A DNA stretch of 64,000 nucleotides, taken from assembly GCA_030265395.1 (NCBI GenBank), contig JARFYF010000052.1, positions 75,784,240 through 75,848,239 of the forward strand, read 5' to 3'. The position numbers and the translations under genes were made by a program. This DNA comes from Rhina ancylostomus. Lineage: Eukaryota. Positions 12,659 through 25,137 of this stretch are shown here, piece after piece. Under the pieces are notes generated by a model, which saw only the letters and a program-made list of their open reading frames with translations, did not search any database and was not told the origin of the DNA. Numbering within the stretch: position 1 is the first letter of the stretch; every line of letters starts with the position of its first letter.

Positions 12659-13181
12659 TTAAAGGGACATTCACCAATAGTAACCTAGTCTGTAACAGCA
12701 TGAGCAGGTGCAATGAAAACTTACTTGCAGCAGCATTACAGGCACATAGCATTAGAGACACAACATTCACAAGAAAAATATAAAGTAACTGTATATGTAG
12801 AGTTAAGATAATGATTAAAAGGTTCAGAGTGGGTTGAGGAACATTTTTCACCCAATGTGTAATAAGAGGCTGAAGCTCCTGAGATGGAAGAGTGATGGAG
12901 GCAAAGTTCTTCATCTCAAAACACGTAGCATGTCTAGTTCCATTAGCGGAGCAAGTGCTGGGAAGTGAGCTTTGCCTAATTAGCTTTTTTTGGTGATGGC
13001 ATGAAAACTATGTGCCTCCTTCTGTGCCATAAAATCTACAATTCCGTAAATGATGGAACAGACTCTTGAGGCTGATTGCCGTACTCCTTTCCACCTGTAA
13101 GCCACATTAACTCCATCTGCCATACATTGTCCTACTCTGTCCACGTCTCTGTAAACACTTGTAGTCACCACACAACTTCTT

Positions 13182-13741
13182 GAGCTGGATTTTACTTGAT
13201 AAAGGTCACGTTTTGGGCTGGGTTCTCATCACCGCTCCCCATGCCTACACTAACCATTTGCAGCTACATAGATCCAAACAAACTTGAGACCTGTTTGTCC
13301 TTTCAACAGCAACTAGGTGAGAAGCTGCCGTGACTGATGTGATGGCATTTTGACAACTGTCAAATACTTTTTCAACAGTTACTCAATATCTCTCATGATC
13401 AGTAACATTTAGAAACAGTTGAAATAGATTTAAGAAAAACACTTAAAATCAGTGCATAGTTTAAAAAATATTAATATCAGTATTAATTATGACCAAAAAA
13501 ACAAATCACTTGCTTTCAACAAAGGTAAAACAAATTTACTTTTCTTTCTACATCAGTAACCCCCATNNNNNNNNNNAGAAATGGCTGGCATAAAACTGAG
13601 GGATTAAATATCTTCAGGACATTCCTTATACCCGCATTGTAATGTGTAGCTGTGGAAATTAGAAACGTGTGGACCCATACAATGCATTTCACTGTTGGTT
13701 CTCCTTGCAACCACTGGCTAACCATTAAAAGGATCCAGCTT
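13182..13741. mobile_element. Possible old non-autonomous DNA transposon (Harbinger-like termini)
   Basis: agctggatttt at the left end and its imperfect reverse complement aaggatccagct at the right end, with an AT-rich interior. Confidence 0.3.
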
Positions 13742-15750
13742 ATTGTGTCTCCATAGTTAGTGTTATAGACAAACTCTAGAAAGACATAACTTTCTGATCC
13801 TTCACCATCCTTGATACACAAATGCAATAAAGGATGAGATCTTTAGCATAACTCTGTTCGCAGCAATTCTAAATCGGTTGTAGAAAATATACAAAAGGAA
13901 CACCAGTCCAATAGGATAAGCCAACAACTAACCTGTACAAAGCAGATCACTCTTACAACTGATGATGCAAAGAGGTCCTTTCTGCATTTTGCTGGGTGGA
14001 TGTACCATGCAGTAAGCACCTGTCTCGTCGAATTTTACAAAAGACTCATCCCATAAGTTTGAACCTTTAAGTGTTATATTCAGGCTTTTTAATAGTTCCT
14101 GTACATGGAGGAGATCAGTCCAGTGAAACCATCACTGTGCATGGAATAGAAGAGTAAAATGGCTGCATCATTAATAATTTCCAGGGTTTTGCTTCCGGTC
14201 ATGGTATCTTCTGGAGACATGACATGGAGCTGAGAGTCCTGAGGATCCTTTCATTGCAATCAGTTATAATGCTGCTTTCTACATTGCTTTAAGTGTACGG
14301 CTCATTTGCTGCAGCACCATTATAGATTGAGATACAGTGATGGCTTTATGACAAAGTCAGTGTGCATTGTGCCTGCAAAAGCTTTCTGCAATGCAGGTTT
14401 TATCCCATCTGCCCATCATCAATGACACACAACCCCTATCTGTTTCATTGCCTGACAGGGTACCATGCATAGAAATTGCCCATGGAATCTGTTGCTGCTT
14501 TTCTCAGCATCTAATTCTGAGTGAAAAAAAATTAGAACATCAGTTAGGAAAACCAAGACGAATCTAATAGCCCAGATAAGAAATGTTATTAACCCCTAAA
14601 GGTCAAGATTAGTCAGTTAATTAAGTGTCCAGTATTATTACGACACCCATCTCCCAGCAGCCAATACCATTTCACTGCTATCTCGCTAATCAGACCTGAA
14701 CAGAATCTTGGAGCTTGTCTCTTACTTGTTTTTAAAAAAGTATCTTTTTTATTTCAAAAACATAATTTTTTAAAAATTGATTTCAGTTGATACAAGGGAA
14801 GCACGAAGGAGAAGTTGAAGGAAGTTGTGGATCCTGTTTGCCTTGAGTATCTCACCCAACATACCCTTGCAACTCACAGTTATCAGTTTTCAAATCAGAA
14901 CCACCCATGGATATAGAAGATAAGGGAATCAGAAATTCTTGTCAGAGATGCCTTAAAGAAAAATGGAGGCTCAAATTACCTGCAAGTATAATGAAGATGG
15001 GTTGCAGTCTGCATTAAATTACTGTGATGAGCAGGAAATGTCAGACTGGAAGGCCATTGAAGATAAGGTGCATTAATAAATGTACTAAGCCATTCCTTTT
15101 CTGCATAACTTGTGTCTGCAAGCACTGATTCCATGAGGTTAATGTTATTAATGTCAAGAACCACAGCATTTGCAGGTTTAATAATATATTACTCACTGCA
15201 TTAAAAATGAATATATCATTGAAACAGTTTTCATTCATATACTGGGTAACATCTGGAGAGATGGAGGTGCATCATTATACTATGTCAAAAGGTTAACAGT
15301 GATGATTATCTCTTTGGGGCCAATTAATCATCAATTATAGAACACGCCTGGTACATTCCTATACAAGTATATTGGTTCCCGCAATACCTTTCTCATGGTA
15401 TTAATATAATAAAATAAAACAGTAAATATGAATACCCAATATTCTTCACAGGGCTGTCAAATGATAAATTTTCTTACAATTAGGAAGACATCATTGATTT
15501 ATTACCTGTGCACTCTCCAGTTACAGCATCTGCTGCAAAGCAAGCATTATGGCCAGCATCTAACAGAAGCAGGAATCATCAGAATTGCAGGCTGTTCAAA
15601 TTCTACTCTAATTAAGAATGTAAATCAAAGGCTCATAAGTGATAGGGATTGATCAAATTTTTAAAAATTATCTCGTCCATATGGGATGTACCCTAGATTG
15701 CTGAGGGATGAAAAGGCATAAATAACAGCAGTTTTAGCTGCAATTTTTCA

Positions 15751-16886
15751 GTCAAGATTCAAGATTTCAAGATTTACTTTATTGTCATTTCTCTAAGTAT
15801 TTACATACACAAAAAAATGAAATACTGTTTCTCACCAGCTCATATCAGTGCAACAAAAAGAACAGTGATAAANNNNNNNNNNNNNNNNNNNNNNNNNNNN
15901 NNNNNNNNNNNNNNNNNNNNNNNNNNNNNNNNNNNNNNNNNNNNNNNNNNNNNNNNNNNNNNNNNNNNNNNNGAGGCAGGTGGGCACTACTGCCTGGCTG
16001 AGCGAGATATTAAAGATGTCTGCAAAGACATCCTTCAGCTGCTCTGCACAATCCCTTAAAACACGTCCAGGGATGTTATCCGGCCCCGCAGCTTTACATG
16101 GGTTGACGCTGGCGAAGGCCTTTTTCACTATCACTGTAGACAACTGAAGTACCTGGTCTCTTGATGACGGTGGAAGCATCTGTGCCTGAACAGTGTTATT
16201 TGCCTCAAAACATGCATAAAAGACATTAAATTCATCTGGTAGAGGGGTCATTGTGGCATATCCGCAGGGGAGGAGGCTTATAGTCGGTGATTGTTTGAAA
16301 TCCCTGCCACAAACGATGTGCACCTTTGTTGTTCGTGAAGTAGCTGTTGAGTTTCTGTCCATACAGCCTCTTCACCTCCCTGATCCCCCGGGACAAGTTT
16401 TTCCTTGCCAATCTGTATGCAGCAGTGTCCCCACATTCAAATGCTGCATTACGGGCTCTCAGCAGTGAACAGACTTCCCCAGTCAACCAAGGTTTCTGAT
16501 TGGCACGCACCTTTATGGTTTTGACCACAGTCACTTCATCTATTCATTTACTGATGTAGCCAATGACGGTCTCTGTGTATTCCTGCAAGGCAATGACATT
16601 GTCGTATGTTGCTGCCTCTTTAAAGATATCCCACTGTTTATTTCCAAAACAGTCTTGCAATACTGGAATTGCTTTCTGTGGCCATATTTTAACTTCTCTG
16701 ATCATTGGCTTGTCTTGTTTCACCCTAGGTCTATATGCAGGTGTGAGCATTACAGCTAGGTGGTCAGAGTTACCGATATAGGGAAGGGGGGCTACTCTAT
16801 ATGAGTTTTTGATGTTTGATGATTACACCAGGTCTAATATGTTATTGCCGCTAGTTGCAAAGTTTACATGCTGATAGAATTTTGTC
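15751..16886 (-). mobile_element. Rex1/Babar-type LINE (end of APE endonuclease to start of RT; RT core in gap; 3' tail present)
   Basis: Frameshifted segments KFYQHVNFAT, GNSDHLAVMLTPAYR, LQDCF, NQKPWLTGEV and [40 protein letters not shown]. Tail aataaag...tcttgaatcttga on the minus strand. Confidence 0.9.
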
Positions 16887-16889
16887 CTC

Positions 16890-17990
16890 CCTGACTATGA
16901 GAAAGGTGTCAGAGAACCAGAGTTTGCAGGTGTACCATATTACCACATTCAAGGAGGAAAAGATAGATCAGGAAACTACCAACCAGCCAGTCTAAATTTT
17001 GAGGTGGAGAATCTTATGCAGCTTATAATTTGGTACAGGAAGAAATTCAGTTAATATGTGACAGCCATCACAATTTGTTAAAGACAAACTGAGTTTTTCA
17101 GTGAAATAACAGAGAAGCTGTATAAAGGTTGTGTATGTGGACTTTCAAGAGGATTTGTAAAAATACAAGATCATGGACTGTAAACAAAACTAAAATCAGT
17201 GAGGTTAAGGAGGAAGTCTACTGTGGGTATGATATTTACAGAAAGCAGAGGATTTTGATGAAAGGAAAGTATTAAGAAAGGAAAGCTGAGTATTAAGAAG
17301 TATAGGAGGCATCATTTCAAAGTTTGTCGATACAAAACTTGGAAATGGGCAACACAGTAAGGAGGGCAGTTGTAGACTTGAGGGGGATATGAATAGAGTG
17401 TTGAAATAAACAGCATGTGATATGGAATTCAATGCAGAGAAGTACAAATTAAAGCATATTAAATGTGAGCTAATATAAAGTGAATGGCACAATTTCTGGG
17501 GCAAAGAGAGTTACGAAAGATTAAAGGTGCAATCTGTTAAAGTACCTGCTAAGTATGTTTGTTGGATCCATTTCCTAATAAATTAAGGTAAATCTTTATA
17601 AATTTCAGCTAGTGATCATATATCACATTTTAGGACAGATGTCAAGTTGTGGAAAAAGCAAAAGGAACATTCCACAGATTGGTAATAGGGATAAAAGATT
17701 TCAGTTTCATGGACAGGCTAGCAAAATTGAGGCTGTCCTCTTTGGAGCAGAGAAGTTAGAGGGATATTTAATAGAGGCACTCAAAATGATGAGTGGATGG
17801 GGAGCAATAGGATCAGCATACAAAGAATATTGAGCTGAGGAAAATGGTAACAGAACTGGGGGTTGGGAGAAGAGAAAACACATAATGGTTTGTCCTGATT
17901 GAAGGCACTATCTGAAAGGATGTTGAAAATATAATAGACGTACCTGTCAAAAGGGAATGAGATATGTACTTAAACTTTTAATAAAATGCA
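16890..17990 (+). mobile_element. Highly degenerate CR1 LINE
   Basis: Remnants of FKEEKIDQE..QPASL, VYVDFQ, ISKFVDTKLG and MEFNAEK. Confidence 0.65.
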
Positions 17991-19739
17991 AATAATTTGT
18001 TTTAGAACCAAAAGGAAGGTTAAGCAGGATACTTGTTTTGCATTTTACTGAATGGTCTTCCCACTAAATTAATATCAAAACTAGTCAATTAGAGTAAATG
18101 GTAAAATAAATCCTTTTCTGCATCTTCCTATTAATAATAAAATTGTACAGTTTATTTAGCTATATAGAAAGTCACTGAAATGTCATAACTTTTGCATTGT
18201 CCTTCCACCAAGTTGTTGACTGTACTCTCACAAAAGGAATTTTCATACTGGCACCTCTGATGGGACCTGACTGTAACAAAATTGTTAAAGAGACCCGTCA
18301 TCATGTAATGGCATTGGGTATTCCAAAATCCAGCATCCCCGATGAGGAATTTGCACTCATGAGGAGTGGATTTCAGAAACCACAGGCAACTAGCACATGT
18401 ATTTTTACTGAGTAAAGTGAATGGGCAGAAATTCATAGCCTGGTAACCTGCAATTATCAACAATGCTCTGCCAGCAAGAATTAATGGGAAACATCAGGTT
18501 GCAAAATCACCTCTCATTCTCCCGTGAAATAAAAATGTGGAGTTACTGTCAATGGACCATTTTCAGCCAGGAAAGCCCAAGTACCCAATAGCTACAGGAC
18601 TGCAGGTCCAGTACATCAGAGTAAAATAATTGGCAGAAAATGTCATGTTTCATCAATGTCCTGTAGTTTCTGAACCAAGACCCTCTGTACAAGTTATTGT
18701 TAGAAGATAGTTTCAGAGCACTTAACTAGTCAATCATTCCTCAAAGGAAACCAGGCAGATCTTTGAAATTACCTGTTTGATAAACCTAGTGTGCAAAGTT
18801 TAGGAATTATTAAACACACCTCTTTTTCTTTAGTTTATGTTGTTAAGAGGGTGTTGCTCAGACAGTCTGTCCATTTAAAGGTGTTATTGATTTTGCCAGG
18901 ATTTATTCTTTCCAAAGTTTGTTCTATTTCCCTTGTCCTGAAAGTCTGAGATCTACTCTCAGTGAAATGTAGGAGCTGGCAATGATCTGCTGTTAAATAC
19001 AGCCTGCTACCTCCTTTGTCTGAGCTCTTTGACCAAGTTTGGGGGGGGGGGGGGCGTGCAGGGGCTTTGGTGAAACCTGAGCCTGTATTTCCTTTCTATA
19101 ACAGGAGTCAGTTACCAGCTCTGAATACCTAGATGCAGCCCAAAACCATCAATCAATGCTTCGGAAATGATCTGTCACAAACAATAAGGTTCAAGGGAAT
19201 AACCACTACTGATAATAACTGCATAAAATGGGAGTGAGGCACTAACCACATGTTCAGTTGTTCATCTGAAACAAGTTGCACTCCTTTTGTTCTTTAATGC
19301 CTGCTTATCATTTAATAATGACAAGTCCAATAAACATTAAGTTCTACTTGATTTGTAATTAGTAATGATGCTTCCATCATTTCTGTTTCTTAACATTTAC
19401 ATGTTGCCATATGAGAAAAATCCTCACCAAGAGCCAGAATTTGATAATGTTTTATAAGCAGATGTTTCTGGCACTGCAGTCATTGAAAATGAGAAGTATA
19501 TATCAGTTTCTTTATGATGTTTTTCAGTCCACAGTGACAGGACTACTTCATTTTCTAGGCAGTCATAACCATTATCGCTGAACTGGATTGCACCTCAGCA
19601 AAAGCCCAGAATATGTGTGTTATGCTTGAATACATTTTATATTTAGACAAATTAGATGGAAGACTCCTCAATCACAGTGTGGAAACAGTCCATTATGCAC
19701 AAATAAAAACAAAATTAGGTGTTCCTTTGAGAATGGACA

Positions 19740-21300
19740 GTTCTAGTCCATCAGTTATTAACACAATGGGATGAATTGGGTAGGAAGTAATGCAGATTTA
19801 AAAGCAAGTTTGAACTTGTGACTGAACAATGGCTGGTTGACATTTACACAATAAAACAGTGATAATAAAGTGACAGCACTAAAAATATTTATCTCTGAGG
19901 CATTTCCATAATCATTATTGCGAAAGACACAGGCAATATCTCCTGGAAGTCACATCACCTGTCTAGCCAGTGTAATTGGGATTGCAGCTGAACCACACAG
20001 GAATATCTACAAGCCTGAAGGAAACTGAGCCTGTGGTGAAATTCAGATGGCATCTGAATAACTGTGGTGAAATTCAGATGGCATCTGAAAAACTGTATAG
20101 ATAACTGGTATTGCAAGAAGTACTTTCACTTACAATACTGTGAATCATACAATAATTACAATGATTGATCTCCAGTAATCAAGTATCTTCCTAATCACAA
20201 ACTACAATGTTAACCACTGCAATGGGCAAATAGTGAGGCATATTGCATGGGGGTGCCAGTTCCTGAAGAAAGAAACTTATGGCAAAGACAATAATCACTA
20301 CTTGCCTAGATGTAAGCGAGGTAGAATATGTAATGGATCCACAGGGATACTATCCAAATGCTGGAATCATACAATAAAGAGGATAACTTCAAGACATTCA
20401 AACCACCTTATTAATTGAGAGCACCATGATGAGCTTGCATATTGATGCAGCAGCAAGCTAGTCTGTTGCAGGCCAACATGTATTGGAAATACATCAACCA
20501 CTTGATGTGAAGCAATATGATGTTAGAAACATTTGCAGGAATACTCTCCATGTTAAGGGGGAGGCAAACTGTTGGGTTGCCAATGGAAATAAGTGGGTCT
20601 GGTTATGGTCCAGAAGATGTACCAATGATCAATGACATAGCTTGGACTGAGTCACTCAGATTAAGGAACTGAGTGTTTGGGAAAATCACAGTTTAGAGAA
20701 GAGAAGAGATCTGGAGCTATTCCCATGATGCGGTGCACTGACCCTGCCCAAAAGGACCACGAGTCAGGTAAGCCTAAGATGTATCCAGATGTCTGCAGCT
20801 CACAGCCACTGGCAGACCAGAGCCACCATCTAATAGTTATCGTGAAGAATGAGAGATCAATGATTACCACTTCATAACTGCAATCTGAGAAGGCAAGAGA
20901 AGATATAGTTTTGGATAAGAGTATGGTGAAGAGAGACAGCTGTCTCCACGAAGGCAGGTATGGTAGCCAAGGTATGTATAATGATGCATTAAAGGCATCC
21001 AATGAAGACTATGGATTTGCAGTGCACTGTAAGAGTGGCACACATATTTATTTCACTGTGGTTATCATTTAAAGTTGATAATGCATTACAATGGCAGCAG
21101 GATTCTGAAGCAGACATCTTCCATTACTGAAACATCTATGGAGATCACCACAAGGTGGAAATGTAAACCTGTGGAACTAAGCAACGAGCAACCAGAAATG
21201 TGATGTCCCAAATAGAAGAACACTCCATTTTGAGCAAGTCAAGTTCAAGGATTCACTTGGACAGTGATTGAACATTTTCAGATCTTTGGAAATCATCAGT
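19740..21300 (+). mobile_element. Degenerate Gypsy-type LTR retrotransposon internal region (gag-protease-RT start)
   Basis: CCHC-like HC..HIA..C at ~20208-20260; protease-like IDAAAS*SV at ~20440; LHVKG(G)..LLGCQW at ~20550-20590, resembling LYVVKGGGPALLGRDWL; ILSKV-like at ~21230. The order is correct for Gypsy. Confidence 0.5.
20031..20092. repeat. 31-bp tandem duplication containing a palindrome
   Basis: ctgtggtgaaattcagatggcatctgaataa twice, with one mismatch. Confidence 0.9.
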
Positions 21301-22859
21301 TCTTGACAGTAATCAGTTTGGAAAAATAATCCGTTATCTGTTTTGGACAATACAAGGCAGCTGGTTCATCTAAATTTCAGGATAACAGCTATGCCATTGC
21401 AAGAACCACAGATAATGTGGAAGAGATTCAAAATGCTGAAATAAGTTAATTTCAATCTTTAGATAACAAGTCTGCAGGAAATGAGACTGCTTGAGTCTTG
21501 GGAAAGAGAGTGATGTCTATGAGGCTTCTTTGTTTACAGAGTTTCTGAATGGGNNNNNNNNNNNNTGAAATACAGCTGGATGCCTTGAGGGAGGACAACT
21601 TTGTGTTGTGAATGTGATTCAAAAATCCTTATGAGTTTTAATATTTAGATCCGGTGATGATGATGGAATGGTAATTTATTTCAGGTTAATATAGAGTGCG
21701 ACTTGGAGGGGAAACAGATGGTAGTGATGTTTCGATGTGCCCCGAGCCTCTGTCCTTCTTGTTAATAAAGGTCATAGATTTGGGCTGTACTATCAGCAGA
21801 GCCAAAATGAGCAATCACAGTGTACTTAGTAATATGCTGAAAAGAATACATAAAATCCTAGCTATTATTGGTAGTTGATGACTGTTATTGGCCTGTGTTA
21901 AATTTATAACTGTACATAAATTTGTAAATGATTAGTTGAATGGATAATCTCATATTTAAATGAAAGCTTAATTTAATATCTGTGGAAAGACAATGGTCTG
22001 CATGGATGTGCCCTTCTTAAGGGGAATCTGCATTGTATATAAGAGAATGAGTGTACGTTTAAGAACCCTGCGTGCCATGTGGTATGACTTTTGATATCAC
22101 ATGACACACATGTAGTTAGTGAGTGTTGATTGCCCTCAATTAAGGATATTTTGTTGGTAACTGTATCCTCCTTACTTGTCTTGGCAAATAGTAATACAAA
22201 AAAGCCTACAACACTTTAATCAGCGCAAGACAGCTCTAAGCAGGACAGACTTGTTTTAAATAGAGCTGTGTCTTGTGATATCATCGCCTTGCTGATGTGT
22301 CCAACGGTGTGATTAATACTGACTGGACAGTGAAGTGATCAGAATGTGCAGGTGGAACAAAGTAGGGGCACTTTCTGTGTTGGATGTAGGTTAATCGCAC
22401 AAAGCAATCACCATTTTCAGGGGCTATGGTACTTAGTCTCCATAATCTCAGAGCTTCTATCTATGTTCAGTGGCTCACTAGAGAGGGACAGCAAGATAAT
22501 GGAAAGCTAGTATGTTAGTACACAGAGGATGGTGGGAAAATTTAGGTAGCTTCTGAGAGGACTTTAAGATTTTGGGATTGGGAATAAATTTGCTAATTAT
22601 GGAGAATGTAGCATAATTGGACAGGAAATTGAAGTGCAGCTTTCATTAATAATGTCTCTACTATGAGAGGCCAAAACATGGTGAACAGGAAGGAGCTGTT
22701 TTCCTTGGCAGACAGATGATGACTAAAGGGACAGAGTTTAATTTAATTATTAGAAGGATTAGAGACAAATTGAGGAAAGATCTTCCAAGGATTAATCAGC
22801 CCTGAAGCACTACCAAAATGATGAGCAAGAAGCAAAAAAAAATTGCAGAAGTTGGATAC

Positions 22860-22960
22860 CTAAAGCAAAAGCAGAAAATGCTGGAAGTACTCAGCAGATA
22901 AGGCAGCATCTGAGGAGACAGTGAAACAAAGTTAACATCATCAGACCTTTCATCTAAAGA
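22860..22960 (-). mobile_element. Penelope-like tail fragment
   Basis: gcagaaaatgctggaagtactcagcagataaggcagcatctg...gttaac...cctttcatc is the reverse complement of the PLE tail. Confidence 0.6.
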
Positions 22961-23429
22961 ATGAACATTTGACTAGCTGTAATGCACAAGGATATGCATA
23001 GACAGCAGGGAAGTGAGGAGTAACCTAAAGAGCTCCATTTTTGCTCAGCATCTAGATGATGGCCTGAATCTCTAATTTGCTCAAAAAAAGACTGCAAGAA
23101 ATGAAGCGGCAAAATTGGTTTGCCCCTGCCTCCCCTCCCCCATCACCCCCTCCCCCCACTGCCACCCATTTGGCCACATTTTTATCCAAAGCTAAATTTG
23201 TTCTTATTGTTGTTTCTGAGAGTTTTAGATGAAAATGAAGGACAAAAAATAATATTAGCAGATTGAAAGTGATTTGTTAGGACAGGGGGAGAAGAAGAGC
23301 TATTGTCATCTCTGCTTTGATGAGAGAGATAATTCTGTCTTTCAAAATGCAACCAAAGTTTTTTGGACTCCAGCAGATCACATAATTCCTCACAGTTTGT
23401 CACTGGCATGTGTTACAGGCTTCAGATCA

Positions 23430-24355
23430 TTGTGCTGAATTATATATCAATAATTTAGATGAAGGGACCAAATGTAGTACTTCTAAGAGTGCTGATGAAA
23501 CTCAGTGGGACTGTGAGTTGTGAGGAGGATGCAAAGGTGCTTCAAGTCGATTTAGACAAGAGCAAGTACATGGCAGGTGCAGCATGACATGGATGAATAT
23601 AACAATGTAACGATGAATATAATGTAATGACAGACTATTACTTAAATGGTGATTGATTGGGACATCTTAATGTGCAAAGGGATCCAGGTGTCCTTGTATA
23701 CTGATTATTGAAAACAAATATGCAGGTGCAGCAAACGGAAATGGTACGTTGGCCTTCGTTGTAAGAACTGAGAGCAGCAGCAACAATGTCTCACTGCAAC
23801 AGGGCCTTGCTGAGACCACACCTGGAGAACTGTGAGGGTTTTGGTGTCCATGAATATGCATGCTATAGAGGAAGTGCCACAAAGGTTCACCAGACTGATT
23901 CCTCAGAAACAGGGACTGTTGTATGAGGTGATGTCGAACTGATTAGGCCTAGAATTGAGAGTGAGAGATGACATAACTGAAGCATACAAAATTCTTACAA
24001 GGCTCAACAGGCTGGATGCAGGCACATTTTCCCCAAATGGAGAGTCTAGAATGGTGGGGGGGGGTCACAATCTTAGGATACAAGTTGTGACATTTTGAAC
24101 TGAGATAAGGAGAAGCTTCTTCAGTTGGAGGGTGATGGACCCATGGAATTCGCTCCAACAGAGGGCTGTTAAGACCAAGTCACTGAATATGATTATGATG
24201 GAGAAAGCTTCCAGACACAAAAGGCATTAAGTGGTAAGGGGAGAGAGCAGGAACATGCTATTGAGATAGATGATCAGCCATGTTCGTATTGAATGGTGGA
24301 GAAAGCCTGAAAGAGCAAATGACCTGCTCCTGCTCCTCTTTTTCTACATTTCTAT
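23430..24355 (+). mobile_element. CR1 LINE 3' fragment
   Basis: LNYISIIX-DEGTKCSTSKSADET (the INDL...SKFADDTK region) through a CR1-type 3' tail ctcctgctcct...ttctatg. Confidence 0.8.
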
Positions 24356-24835
24356 GGTACTCATTACTAATGAGGGTGATGGAAGTGGAGATAATAATTT
24401 CAAGAACAAGTTGAAAGGACACTTGTCAGAAATAAACATTCAGGAATTTATGTAATGAACAGGAAAGTGAGACTGGTTGGATTTTTCTCCAGAAATCTGG
24501 CATGAACTCAATGGGCCCAGTAGCCTCCTTCTAGTGACTCAATACGCTGAACACAATTACAGAGACAACTGAATTGGCCAGTGTTTGTGCATCAGCTGAT
24601 TTAATTTCCCAGCTGTTTCAGGTCCAAAGGTGAGCAACCTAAGGCAGGTCAACTTGTAAATGTTACCAACAATTACACCTTACACCACATGTTGGTGAAG
24701 ACATTTCTGTTAAGTGGGTGCTTCCCCTAACTTTTAGTTGTGATATCAGATCCTGATGGAGAACAAGTCCTTCCATTTGGCCAGATAAGTTGTCTTGCTA
24801 AGAACATGAGCATCTGATTTTAAAGTTGCAACATT

Positions 24836-25137
24836 AAGTTGCTCCAGTGGCCAAGATCCGATCCTGACCTCTGGTGCTGTCTGTGTGCAGTTTACACATT
24901 CTTCCTTTGTGTTTCTTCCAGTTTCCTCCTGCATCCCAAAGATATGCTGGTTGCTTAGTACATGCCGCTGCAAATTGCACCCAGTGTAAGTAGGTGGTAG
25001 AAAGATCAGGGGGCAAGTTGATGGCCATATCAGAGTGAATAGGTTACAGGGAAATGGATGAGGAACAGGATTGATGAGATTGCTCTAATAACTAGCATAA
25101 ACTCACTGGGCCAAATTACTTCCATCTTTGTCATATA
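24836..25137 (+). mobile_element. Older V-domain SINE (HE1-like) with CR1-type tail
   Basis: Degenerate B box (gatccgatcctgac), V-core ctgtgtgcagtttacacattct...gtttcctcctgcatcccaaag and a CR1-like tail. Confidence 0.65.

Larger units (their letters stand above)
10490..13030 (+). mobile_element. CR1 LINE relic interrupted by several nested insertions
   Basis: Motifs IKDSQHGFVK, DFSKA and KMFADDAKI, with the CR1 3' end near 13030. The pieces are colinear across the inserts. Confidence 0.75.

Noticed and set aside
14788-15170. Exon-like purine-rich stretch (MEAQITCKYNEDGLQSALNYCDEQEMSDWKAIEDK on +; a possible donor on -)
   Set aside because: In-frame stops upstream, weak splice pairing and no recognisable protein.
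20031-20092. Palindromic direct repeat resembling a CRISPR repeat
   Set aside because: Only two abutting units, no spacers, no cas genes, and vertebrate context.
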